From: Bdellovibrionota bacterium
Lineage (GTDB): Bacteria; Bdellovibrionota; UBA1018; CAIPTA01; JAALKR01
Length of the DNA: 64,000 nucleotides
Assembly (NCBI GenBank): GCA_965207455.1
Contig: CBDBMJ010000001.1
Coordinates: 1,312,001 to 1,376,000, forward strand
Reading direction: 5' to 3'
Below the pieces are notes generated by a model, which saw nothing but the letters and a program-made list of their open reading frames with translations, was not told the DNA's origin and made no database searches. This document shows, piece after piece, positions 19,783-29,458 of this stretch. Numbering within the stretch: position 1 is the first letter of the stretch; every line of letters starts with the position of its first letter. A program made the translations under genes and the position numbers.

Positions 19783-21531
19783 TTGTATTTATGGCTCGCA
19801 GCTAGTTTTTTAGGTCTCCTTGCGGGAGTGATTACTCCTGCGGCTTGGTTTCTTGTGGATAAGTTTCAGGTGGCATTGAGCCAACAGGATTGGTCGCCCT
19901 TGACGATGGCTTTTCTCCTTCCTGCCCTAGTGGCCCTTTTCCTCTTTTTCCTATTTCGTGCTGGTAGATTCTACCGATCTTCCGACTCCTTTACGGCTTT
20001 CTTCTCGGACTTTCACTATAGTGGTGGTAGGCGCAATCCCTTATTCTGTTTCATCCATGGCGTGGGATCGTTTTTCTTTCTCTTGGGTGGCGGCATTGTG
20101 GGGCTGGAGGCCCTGTGCTTTGAATGGGTTACTGCCTTGGGTAGTTATCTGGGAGAACGGGCAAAACTGACTCCCATGCGAGTCCAGTTGCTTTCATTGT
20201 GTGGCTTAGCAGCAGGCTTTTCCGCTACTTTAGGTCAACCCGCGGCTGCTATTTTATTTACGGTAGAATTATTGTTTGGTTGGGGTGGATGGACCATGGC
20301 GATTGCTCCCCTAGCCCTGTGTGCTTTTATTGCTTCCGTTGTAAGCCAAGCACTAACAGCCCCGACGGGTATTTTTCATTCCACCATGGGCACTGACGCT
20401 GGACTCTCCCTTCTATTCCAAGAAATGCCTCTAAGTATGGGCAGCTGGGAAATCCTTTCCAGCAGTGTATTGATTATTTTCTTTGCCACTGCCTTGGCTG
20501 TGCTCACCATCTGGTTGTTCTACAAAACCAATTTTCAAATACACACTCTATTCCAAACTAGACGATCAAGCGACATTTCCTACAAAGCTTTTGCTTTCCA
20601 ACTGCTCGTCTGGACTCTATTCACAGGCGCTGCTGCCTATAAATTCCCTGAAATCCTCGGCTCCTCCCTAATGAACGCCTCCACTTGGCAATCCTTCCCT
20701 TTGTATGGAATAGCCCTAATCCTCCTCGTACGACTCCTACTCAGTACGATGAGCTATACCGTATTGGGAAGCATGGGCATGCTCCTTCCCATACTCATTC
20801 TGGGAAGTTTTTTAGGTTTTGGTTTAGCGACCTTCCAATCCCATTTTTTTGCAGAAAATATGGGTGTTGTGCTACTCACCCTGGGTGCGTTCTTTGCTGC
20901 CACCTTTGGCACTCCCGTTGCAGCCACAGCCCTTGTCTATGGCTACGCTGAGATTTCCATGAGTGAAAATACGAACTTCTTTTTTATGTCCATAATTGTA
21001 AATTTCGCTGCCCATTTTTTATGCGGACTCATACATAAGGATCGTTTAATGACAATTGGTCTGTACCGCCACGGGATTCGTTTTAGAAATGGGATGTGTT
21101 TTAATACCTTATCGTCCATCACCGTAAAAAGTACCACTCTTTCCCATGTGGATCCCATACCTCACGATAGTTCCATGTCCAACGCCTACGCTACTCTTAT
21201 GAAATCTAGATTTTTAAAAATTCCTGTTATCGATAACGAAAAAAAATTCATAGGCATGATATCCCTCTCGGACTTCTTCGCCCTCCGAAACTGGAAAAAT
21301 ATTGATAAATCCTCACAAATATACGACCTTCTGGGCATCACAAACCTTATGCGCACAAACTTCCCCACCGTAACCACGAACATGAGCCTAGAGGAAGCAC
21401 TGGTAATCATGGGAGACGAAGAACTCGTCCCCGTAGTAAGTGAAAAAAACACACTGGAAGGGCTACTCCTAAAATCCGAGCTTATGGGTCTTTATAATAA
21501 GGAAGTGATGAAGAAAGCCTTTGGTCGGTAG
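19783..21531 (+). CDS. ClC-family channel/transporter with C-terminal CBS pair; start uncertain
   Basis: Many TM helices, GGGIVGLE, GLAAGFSATLGQP, FAATFGTP; CBS motifs IPVIDNEKKFIGMIS and VPVVSEKNTLEGLL. Confidence 0.85.
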   Translation: MYLWLAASFLGLLAGVITPAAWFLVDKFQVALSQQDWSPLTMAFLLPALVALFLFFLFRAGRFYRSSDSFTAFFSDFHYSGGRRNPLFCFIHGVGSFFFLLGGGIVGLEALCFEWVTALGSYLGERAKLTPMRVQLLSLCGLAAGFSATLGQPAAAILFTVELLFGWGGWTMAIAPLALCAFIASVVSQALTAPTGIFHSTMGTDAGLSLLFQEMPLSMGSWEILSSSVLIIFFATALAVLTIWLFYKTNFQIHTLFQTRRSSDISYKAFAFQLLVWTLFTGAAAYKFPEILGSSLMNASTWQSFPLYGIALILLVRLLLSTMSYTVLGSMGMLLPILILGSFLGFGLATFQSHFFAENMGVVLLTLGAFFAATFGTPVAATALVYGYAEISMSENTNFFFMSIIVNFAAHFLCGLIHKDRLMTIGLYRHGIRFRNGMCFNTLSSITVKSTTLSHVDPIPHDSSMSNAYATLMKSRFLKIPVIDNEKKFIGMISLSDFFALRNWKNIDKSSQIYDLLGITNLMRTNFPTVTTNMSLEEALVIMGDEELVPVVSEKNTLEGLLLKSELMGLYNKEVMKKAFGR

Positions 21532-21591
21532 AAGAAGTTTAGGTTTTTGTCTGCCTAGAAATGAAATATATTTCTATTCATAATTGGAGGT

Positions 21592-22996
21592 TTAATATAA
21601 ACGACATTTATTATGTATTTTTTATCCATACACCATGACCACATTGGTATTCACATGTATCGTCTGTGGGTACAGTATCTAGATGATTTACTCGTATACA
21701 ACGACCCTGTTTTGGTTCACTAAATGGAATCTGCCTCGGGCTTAAACGACATTGTCCTTTACCACCAGAACTGGCATCCGAATGTCTCGCATCAATCCTT
21801 AGTGGGGGGCATGTCAGGAAGTATCGTTAAATGGTTGAATCCTCATGGATACCGGAATTATTGCCGCTAAATCCACAATTATTAGAGTTCTGTGTCCACT
21901 CTCCATTTTCACAACTATACTTACAAGAACCAAAAGTATAGTAATAACCACCACGTGTGAGGCATTTCCCATTTATAGTTACTCCATGGGACGTCTGTGA
22001 AAGTCTACATTTAGCCAAGTAGATTCCTGCACTTTGTTGTTGAGAATAAGGTCTCGGTATTATAAGTGTACCACTGCCACTTCTTGGAAGTCGCCCATCA
22101 CTTTCTATACTATCTCTATCAATAGCCGTACAACCTTTAAAAAGCTCATTCTCCGCCCTACAAACTCCTCTTAGTGTATTTACTCCATTGACTTGCACAG
22201 TTTCTACAGATTGTAGAAAAAGAATCTGTGGGACAACTTAGGATATTTGAAAGAAGAGGGGAAAGATCCATGCAAATTTTTGATCCATTTTCATCAAAAC
22301 CTTGTAAATACTCACTATCAGCACATTTCATATCCCCTAGCGCCTCTCTTCGTAGGACTGTACTATCGGCTGCAAATAAAGCTGTGCAACTATGAATAGT
22401 AAAATCATCAGAACGTACAGCTGCTTTTAATTTAATCTCTCTTGTTTTAAAAGTAGTAAGACCTTGACTATTTTCCCTAGCTCTTTTAAAAAAAGAATCA
22501 TTTTTGTGCTACCATCGCCTACCCAATAGTTTGTAGGGGGGTCACCCGGTATAGCAGGAGGAATTGTAATTTTTCGATTAGGTCCAGGATCTCTTGTAAA
22601 TGTAGAAAACTCTATTTTTGCTATCTTTACATCACCGTAAGTCCTACCCACTTCATATACTTTATTTCCACTTGGATCTTTTATAGACCCGATAGGACTT
22701 GGTGGACTATTAGAATAAAGAGATAAAAATATAGGATGGCCATTTATATCTGTACTATTTATACCTAGAGTCTGAATACATGCGTCTTTGTTTCCCAATA
22801 CACCTCGAATATTGGAGTGTAATTTATTGATATCAAATCTATTCTCCACATCCTTTTGTCCCATCATCATGTTTTGCTGTAGCTTTGCTGCGGCTAGGGC
22901 GATCAGCCCAAGCAATCCTGCAGCCATAATTACAGATAGAAGGCTCATGCCTGACTGAGAGAAAAGAAGAGTTTTCTGTTGTGTCGATCCTGCCAT
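21592..22996 (-). pseudogene. Prepilin-type secreted protein with Cys-rich C-terminal modules; interrupted by about three indels and one in-frame stop
   Basis: QSGMSLLSVIMAAGLLG class III-like signal; frames join across T-runs at ~22490 and ~22218; homologous Cys module continues past TAA 21827. Confidence 0.6.
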
Positions 22997-23167
22997 GTAA
23001 GCTTAAACCTCGATTATTTGCCTTACTAAATATTAAAAAATCTTAATAATTAAATTATAGCATGCCCTATTGACTTTAGTCAACTATCCCGCCTTGTTCC
23101 ATATTAAAAAAAACATAATAATATCAGCTACTTTGACATCTAAATGGGTTATTTTTTGAACTGTCGG

Positions 23168-23196
23168 TTGACTTTTGGTCGGAATGACGTTATGCA
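23168..23196 (+). promoter_or_regulatory. Possible sigma70 promoter for the rnc operon
   Basis: TTGACT-17 nt-TATGCA, ending 21 nt before the rnc ATG. Confidence 0.35.
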
Positions 23197-23217
23197 TATA
23201 TTCGAGGTTCCCCGTAT

Positions 23218-23946
23218 ATGCAAGAGCATTTTGAACGTTTAGAAAAAAGAATTGGCTATACCTTTAAGGATAGGGAGCTTTTAGAGAAAGCTCTTCGCCA
23301 CAAGTCCTATGCCCACGAATATCCCATAACAAACAAGTTTGTGTTTACCCATAATGAGCGTTTGGAGTTTTTGGGAGATGCGGTTCTCCAGTTGGTGACG
23401 GCTCACCTGCTTTGGGAAAAATTTCCCGAATTGCCTGAGGGTCATCTTTCCAAGATGCGTGCGCTTTTGGTGAATAAATGGAGCCTTAGTCAAGTGGCCT
23501 CTGCCCTGAAACTCGGTGACTATATTTTTTTAGGAAGGGGAGAGAAAAAAAGTGGTGGGAAGAAAAAGGATTCCATTCTGGCTTGTGCATACGAGGCTCT
23601 CTTGGGAGCCATATATGCGGATAGTGATCTTAGTGTGGTGAAAAAAATTATCGAGGAGCACTTGAAGGATTGGATACAAGATATTGAAAACAATGATTCT
23701 TTTAGGGATTATAAAAGTATTTTGCAGGAGAGGGTCCAGAAAAAATTTGCTTGCACGCCCCAATATAAAGTTTGTGAGGAGGATGGGCCTGACCATAAAA
23801 AAAGTTTTGAGATTTCCGTTTCTGTGCAAGGTAGGGTTTTAGCTCATGGGATGGGTGGAAGTAAGAAGGAGGCAGAGCAAGTGGCTGCTTCTGTTCTATT
23901 GGAAAAATTTCCCAATTCTCTAGAGACGGAGAGCACACATGCATAG
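23218..23946 (+). CDS. rnc: Ribonuclease III
   Basis: NERLEFLGDAVL signature, dsRBD DYKSILQE...GPDHKK. Confidence 0.97.
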   Translation: MQEHFERLEKRIGYTFKDRELLEKALRHKSYAHEYPITNKFVFTHNERLEFLGDAVLQLVTAHLLWEKFPELPEGHLSKMRALLVNKWSLSQVASALKLGDYIFLGRGEKKSGGKKKDSILACAYEALLGAIYADSDLSVVKKIIEEHLKDWIQDIENNDSFRDYKSILQERVQKKFACTPQYKVCEEDGPDHKKSFEISVSVQGRVLAHGMGGSKKEAEQVAASVLLEKFPNSLETESTHA

Positions 23947-24892
23947 GAAGCAAAAGCAAAAAACGGGTTTTATTACGATTCTAGGAAGGCCTAATGTGGG
24001 AAAGTCCACGCTCCTCAATGGAATTATAGGCGAGAATCTAGCTTCCGTTTCTCCCAAGCCCCAAACCACTCGACGACGATTTCGGGGAATTCATACTGAA
24101 GTTATTGAGGGTGTTTCCCATCAAATGGTTTTTTCCGACACACCTGGCTTGCACGTGGCACTGGCTAAGCGAAAGCTCAATGCGTATTGTGTGCAGGAGG
24201 CTCTAGCTGGTTTAAAGGATGGGGATATTATTTTGTATATGATCGATAGGAGTCGTCCTTTTTTAGGGGATGAGGATGGTAGTGATGAAAAGTTTCTTCT
24301 CCAGCAGCTTAGGAATGTGCTCACCCAAACCACTACTCCTCTCTTTGTTATACTCAATAAATTAGACCTGCCCCATTCGGAGTTTTCTCAAGCTTTTCTG
24401 GAAAAAACTCTTCACGATTTGCCTGTAAAGGCTATTTTGCCCATGATCGCCAAGCGAAAAAAGGGGATTGCTGCTCTATTGGAGGAGATTCGCAAGGTAT
24501 TACCAGAGGCTCCCCACCATTTTTCTGAAGACAGTCTCACCGACGAGAGCACCAGAAATATTGCACGGGAATATGTCCAAGAGCAATTATTTTATTTGTT
24601 GGGAGAGGAGCTTCCTTACGACTGTTCTGTGGAGATTACCAACTTTCGAGAGCCCAGGGACAAGGAGAAGAAAATCACCATAGAGGCCACTATTCATGTG
24701 GACAAGAATTCTCAAAAGCAGATTGTGATTGGTCTGGGTGGAGCGAAAATTAAAAGTATTGGTATTATGGCAAGGCGACGTTTGGAGGAGTTTCTCCAAT
24801 GTGGCGTAGTTTTAAAATTACTGGTAAAGGTAACAAAGAACTGGGTTCGAGACAGTAAACATTTGGAGAAATTGGGGTATGTCCAGCATTGA
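23939..24892 (+). CDS. era: GTPase Era
   Basis: GRPNVGKST, PQTTR, DTPG, NKLD, KH domain; follows rnc. Confidence 0.96.
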   Translation: MHRKQKQKTGFITILGRPNVGKSTLLNGIIGENLASVSPKPQTTRRRFRGIHTEVIEGVSHQMVFSDTPGLHVALAKRKLNAYCVQEALAGLKDGDIILYMIDRSRPFLGDEDGSDEKFLLQQLRNVLTQTTTPLFVILNKLDLPHSEFSQAFLEKTLHDLPVKAILPMIAKRKKGIAALLEEIRKVLPEAPHHFSEDSLTDESTRNIAREYVQEQLFYLLGEELPYDCSVEITNFREPRDKEKKITIEATIHVDKNSQKQIVIGLGGAKIKSIGIMARRRLEEFLQCGVVLKLLVKVTKNWVRDSKHLEKLGYVQH

Positions 24893-26324
24893 GAAAAAAA
24901 AATCGACGATTGCTCTCGTGGGTAGACCCAATGTGGGCAAGAGTACCCTATTTAACGTTTTAACCAATACTCGCAGGGCTTTAGTGGGAGATCGATCGGG
25001 TGTTACCCGGGATCGTCGATTCGGTTGGAATAATCCCGAGGACTGTAACGGAAGGGTTTTTTCCATTATGGACACAGGTGGGTGGATACCTAAAAATTTA
25101 CGAGCGGGTGAAAAAGAAGAAGTTCTGATGGAGTCCATAGAATCCCAGATTATTTTGGGAATTGAGGAGGCAAGCCTAGTATTACTTGTGGTGGACGTTC
25201 GTCAGGGAAAAACAATGGCAGACGAGCAAATTTCCCAATTCCTCTTGAAGCATAATTGCCCCTTTATTGTCCTTGCCAACAAAAGCGACAGTTTCAAGCA
25301 ATCCAACCTAGAATTTGAGTTTCATGGAATGGGAGCCAAGGCCATATTTCCCGTAAGTGGTGAGCACCGACGGGGAATTGGGGATCTATGGACCGCTGTT
25401 GATGAATTTCTTTCTCCGCTTCCCACTCTACCCGTCTCTGTCCCCATCCCCAGTGAAAAGCCCATACGTGTGGGAATTGTGGGAAGGCCTAACGTGGGAA
25501 AATCCTCTCTTTTAAATACACTGTTGGGAGAGGAACGGGTGGTTACCAGTTCTATTCCTGGCACTACCACCGATCCCGTTGACGTTTCCTTTACCCGGGA
25601 GGAGCAAGAATTTTTACTTCTAGATACTGCGGGAATTCGTCGTCACTCCAAGCGAACCAATATAGTGGAGCAGTTAGCGGTGATGTATGCGGAACGCAAT
25701 GTGAAGAGTGTGGATTTAGTATTCCTTGTACTCGATGCCATGGACGGAATTACTAGCCAGGATGCACGAGTGGCTGCCATTGTACACAAGTCTGGTTGTG
25801 GCACTATTATTATTGCCAATAAATGGGATTTGGCTCCTAAGGAGGTCCGACGTGATTCTCAGGAACAAATTGGTTCTTTTGTAAAAATCATTCGCAAGGA
25901 GCTTCCATTTTTAAACTATGCCCCTGTTTTAGCTTTTTCCTGTAAGCGGAGTAAAGTATATGCGGGAAAAATGGGCGTGGGTGCTGAGAAATCTCTTCCT
26001 AAAGATATGATGAAGATTTGGAGTTTAGTAAAGGAGTTGGTGGAAGAGAGGAAACAAAAAGTATTTACCTCCGACCTAAACCGTCTCGTACAAAAATGTA
26101 TCCATTCTGGGCCCAATATTTCTCAAAACGTGGGCAAGATATATTTTGCTCACCAGTTAGGTGGCAACTCACCTACTTTTTGTGCCCATGTGAGAAATCC
26201 CACTCAGGTGCCTAAAACCTACCAGCGATACTTAGAGCGTGCCACTCGGGAGCGCTACGGCTTTCGAGGCTACCCTATCCGTTGGGTATTTCGAGGTAAA
26301 GAATCCCATAAGGCCAGAACATGA
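24879..26324 (+). CDS. der: Ribosome biogenesis GTPase Der/EngA
   Basis: Two GRPNVGKS G-domains, GVTRDR, DTAGIRR, KH-like tail. Confidence 0.96.
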   Translation: MSSIEKKKSTIALVGRPNVGKSTLFNVLTNTRRALVGDRSGVTRDRRFGWNNPEDCNGRVFSIMDTGGWIPKNLRAGEKEEVLMESIESQIILGIEEASLVLLVVDVRQGKTMADEQISQFLLKHNCPFIVLANKSDSFKQSNLEFEFHGMGAKAIFPVSGEHRRGIGDLWTAVDEFLSPLPTLPVSVPIPSEKPIRVGIVGRPNVGKSSLLNTLLGEERVVTSSIPGTTTDPVDVSFTREEQEFLLLDTAGIRRHSKRTNIVEQLAVMYAERNVKSVDLVFLVLDAMDGITSQDARVAAIVHKSGCGTIIIANKWDLAPKEVRRDSQEQIGSFVKIIRKELPFLNYAPVLAFSCKRSKVYAGKMGVGAEKSLPKDMMKIWSLVKELVEERKQKVFTSDLNRLVQKCIHSGPNISQNVGKIYFAHQLGGNSPTFCAHVRNPTQVPKTYQRYLERATRERYGFRGYPIRWVFRGKESHKART

Positions 26325-27253
26325 AAATAGAGGAGGCAATGGAGCTTTCCATACAGGAAGCTCAAAAATTTTTAGGTGCTACGAGCCCCAACCCCCCTGT
26401 GGGTGCTGTGGCACTGGACTCTCAGGGGCGTTGCTTGGCTGTATGTGCCCATGAAAAGGCAGGAGAGGCACATGCTGAAGTGGGAGTTCTCGATAAACTT
26501 CGTCGTTTGGGAAAGACAGCGGACACATTGGTAGTTACCCTTGAGCCCTGTAACCACAGGGGCAAAACAGGTCCTTGTACCGAAGCTATTATTCAAGCCA
26601 ATGTGCCACGTGTGGTGATTGGCACCACGGATCCAAACCCTGGCGTCTGCGGTGGAGGAATTTCGCGCCTACAGGCAAGTGGAATAGAGGTTATCCAAGG
26701 GGTAATGGAAAAACAATGTAAGTGGTTAATTCGTGCTTTTGCCCATTATTCTACGACGAGAAAACCCTGGGTTACCCTAAAATGTGCTTTTCAAGAGGAC
26801 GGGGAAATGCAACCTCCTGTGGGTCAAAAGACCTTTACTTCCCAAAAGTCCTTAGCCTTTGCCCATGGGATACGAAAGCGGGTGGACGCTATTCTCACTG
26901 GCAGCGGTACGGTATTGAGCGACGATCCTGATTTTACAGTTCGCCATGTTGCCGATCATGTGGGAAAGAGGCGGTTTTTAGCTTTATTGGACCGTCGGGG
27001 ACGGGTGGCGAGATCATGGAAGAGCAAAATAGAGAAAAATGGTTTCACCCTTGTGGAGTGTGATAGCGTGGAGCAGGCTCTTTTGGATTTAGGTAAAAGG
27101 GGCGTTCAAGAGGTTTTAGTGGAAGCCGGTCCCAGTCTGCGCAACTCTTTTTTAAAAAAAGAATTGTGGAATGAGTGCATTGAAATTCATAAAGGAACTC
27201 CCGATAGGATTACGGTTCAGGTAAAGGAGAATAATGTTTACGGGAATTATTGA
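26321..27253 (+). CDS. ribD: Riboflavin deaminase/reductase RibD
   Basis: PNPPVGA, HAE, TLEPCNHRGKTGPC, VEAG. Confidence 0.95.
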   Translation: MKIEEAMELSIQEAQKFLGATSPNPPVGAVALDSQGRCLAVCAHEKAGEAHAEVGVLDKLRRLGKTADTLVVTLEPCNHRGKTGPCTEAIIQANVPRVVIGTTDPNPGVCGGGISRLQASGIEVIQGVMEKQCKWLIRAFAHYSTTRKPWVTLKCAFQEDGEMQPPVGQKTFTSQKSLAFAHGIRKRVDAILTGSGTVLSDDPDFTVRHVADHVGKRRFLALLDRRGRVARSWKSKIEKNGFTLVECDSVEQALLDLGKRGVQEVLVEAGPSLRNSFLKKELWNECIEIHKGTPDRITVQVKENNVYGNY

Positions 27254-27830
27254 AAAAACTTGTTGTGTTGTTGATTGGGACAGCAATGAAAAAAATCTTG
27301 TGATTGCCGTTGAGCTCTCCGACGTTCAATTAGGAGAAAGCATTGCCATAAATGGAACATGTTTAACCGTCACCCAATACACGAGCGAGAACGCCACATT
27401 TTATGTATGTCCAGAGACCATGAATTGCACAAACCTTGGAAATTTAAAAAAGGGAAGCACGGTGAATGTGGAAAGAGCTCTACGTGTGGGAGATCGTATG
27501 TCCGGTCATTGGGTGCAGGGTCATGTGGACGGACTTGCCCAAGTGGTAGACATTCAACCGGATGAGGCTGCCTATGGTCTCACCATTTTATTACCAGAGG
27601 ATTTAAGCATGTATTGTATTCCCAAGGGATCATTAGCCGTCAATGGGGTGAGCCTTACCATACAGTCCATCCACAAAACATCCGTAGTTTTTCAAATTGT
27701 CCCCCATACTTGGAAATGCACTAATTTTTCCCATCTTACACCGGGGGATATGGTAAATGTGGAAACAGATATTTTAACAAAATACATGGAGAAAAGATGT
27801 CAAACTTACAAAGAGCAATTGAGCGTATAA
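27234..27830 (+). CDS. ribE: Riboflavin synthase alpha chain
   Basis: MFTGII N-terminus, [19 protein letters not shown]. Confidence 0.96.
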   Translation: MFTGIIEKTCCVVDWDSNEKNLVIAVELSDVQLGESIAINGTCLTVTQYTSENATFYVCPETMNCTNLGNLKKGSTVNVERALRVGDRMSGHWVQGHVDGLAQVVDIQPDEAAYGLTILLPEDLSMYCIPKGSLAVNGVSLTIQSIHKTSVVFQIVPHTWKCTNFSHLTPGDMVNVETDILTKYMEKRCQTYKEQLSV

Positions 27831-29017
27831 AAAACGGAAAAATAATTATCCTTGTGGATGATGAAAATCGAGAAAACGAGGGCGACTTAGTATTTTCCGC
27901 AGAACTAGCCACCCCTGAGAGTATTAATTTTTTAGCCAAGCATGCCCGTGGTTTAATTTGTCTAGCAATGGATAAACAGCGTGTGGATGAATTAAAACTT
28001 CCCATGATGACGGCCAATAACGAGTCCAATCACAACACAGCCTTCACCGTATCTGTGGACGCAAAACATGGCATTAGCACTGGTATTTCCGCAGCCGACC
28101 GTGCCCACACTACTCGTATTATTGCGGACCCTTCCAAGGGATCTCAGGATCTTGTGTCCCCTGGTCACACCTTTCCTCTACGAGCAGAGGAAGGTGGAGT
28201 GCTTGTGCGCACTGGACATACTGAGGGATCGGTGGACCTTATGCGTATGGCTGGTCTTCATCCCACTGCTGTAATCTGTGAAATCATGAACGACGACGGA
28301 ACCATGGCCCGTATGCCCGATTTACAAAAATTCTCCAAAACCCACGACATTCCCATCATTAGCATTAACGATATTATTTCTCGACGACTAGAAACGGAAT
28401 CTCTGGTACAGCAAGTGGCAAAAACCAAACTACCCTGGTCCTATGAAGACACAGAAGATACTTTCAGCATGTATGCTTTTCGTAATAAATTAGACGGTGC
28501 TGAACACTTGGCTCTAGTAAAAGGCTCCATAGAAAACCCAGCCTTAGTTCGAGTGCACTCTGAATGTGTAACGGGAGATGCGCTAGGTTCCTTACGTTGT
28601 GATTGTGGACAGCAGCTGCAAACAGCGCTTAAGCAAATTTCCAATAACGGCAGTGGTGTTCTGGTATATATTCGCAACCATGAAGGACGGGGCATTGGTC
28701 TGACCAATAAAATTCGTGCCTATGCCTTGCAGGATACGGGCATGGATACGGTAGAGGCTAACCACCACTTAGGTTTTAAAACAGATCTGCGCCACTTTGG
28801 TGTTGGTGCTCAGATACTCCTTGCCCTAGGTGTCCATAAAATTCGTTTATTGACGAACAACCCTAAAAAAGTAGTGAGTCTTGGTGGCTATGGCTTGGAA
28901 ATTGTAGAGCGTGTTCCCATTTGTATACAATCCAATCCCCATAACTTTAAATATCTCAGTACGAAACAAAAAAAAATGGGTCACGACTTGGGCTTGGAAC
29001 CAAAGGAAAAGCACTAA
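27797..29017 (+). CDS. ribBA: DHBP synthase / GTP cyclohydrolase II
   Basis: [42 protein letters not shown]. Confidence 0.97.
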   Translation: MSNLQRAIERIKNGKIIILVDDENRENEGDLVFSAELATPESINFLAKHARGLICLAMDKQRVDELKLPMMTANNESNHNTAFTVSVDAKHGISTGISAADRAHTTRIIADPSKGSQDLVSPGHTFPLRAEEGGVLVRTGHTEGSVDLMRMAGLHPTAVICEIMNDDGTMARMPDLQKFSKTHDIPIISINDIISRRLETESLVQQVAKTKLPWSYEDTEDTFSMYAFRNKLDGAEHLALVKGSIENPALVRVHSECVTGDALGSLRCDCGQQLQTALKQISNNGSGVLVYIRNHEGRGIGLTNKIRAYALQDTGMDTVEANHHLGFKTDLRHFGVGAQILLALGVHKIRLLTNNPKKVVSLGGYGLEIVERVPICIQSNPHNFKYLSTKQKKMGHDLGLEPKEKH

Positions 29018-29458
29018 GTGAAGATAGCCATTCTTTCCAGCCAGTACTATCCTGAGGTTTGTGGAGGACTGTTAGAGGGTGCGAAGGTGTTTCTTGCAGA
29101 AAAGGGTTTGCCTCTCGAAGAAAAAAATTGTTTTTTTGCTCCTGGAGCATTTGAAATTCCCTTGCTAGCCCAGGCATTGGCGAAGACAAAAAAATACGAT
29201 GGCATTGTTTGTTTGGGTTGTGTGGTAAAGGGAGAAACGGCGCACTTTGAATACATTAACCTGGGTGTGAGTGTGGGCATCACCCAAGCAGCTCTACAAA
29301 CAGGTGTGCCCATTACTTTTGGTATACTTACCACTTACACAAAGGATGAGGCACTAGCTCGCAGCAGGAGAGATGAAAATAATAAAGGTAGAGAAGCGAT
29401 GGCCGCCTGTTGGGAAGCTATCGCCACTTTAAAAAAAATTACCGCCGACGATCGTTAG
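29018..29458 (+). CDS. ribH: 6,7-dimethyl-8-ribityllumazine synthase
   Basis: PGAFEIP, LGCVVKGETAHFEY, NKGREA. Confidence 0.96.
   Translation: MKIAILSSQYYPEVCGGLLEGAKVFLAEKGLPLEEKNCFFAPGAFEIPLLAQALAKTKKYDGIVCLGCVVKGETAHFEYINLGVSVGITQAALQTGVPITFGILTTYTKDEALARSRRDENNKGREAMAACWEAIATLKKITADDR

Noticed and set aside
26280..26330. FMN riboswitch before the rib genes (and glmS ribozyme before glmS)
   Set aside because: ribD overlaps der and glmS starts 4 nt after glmU; there is no leader space.
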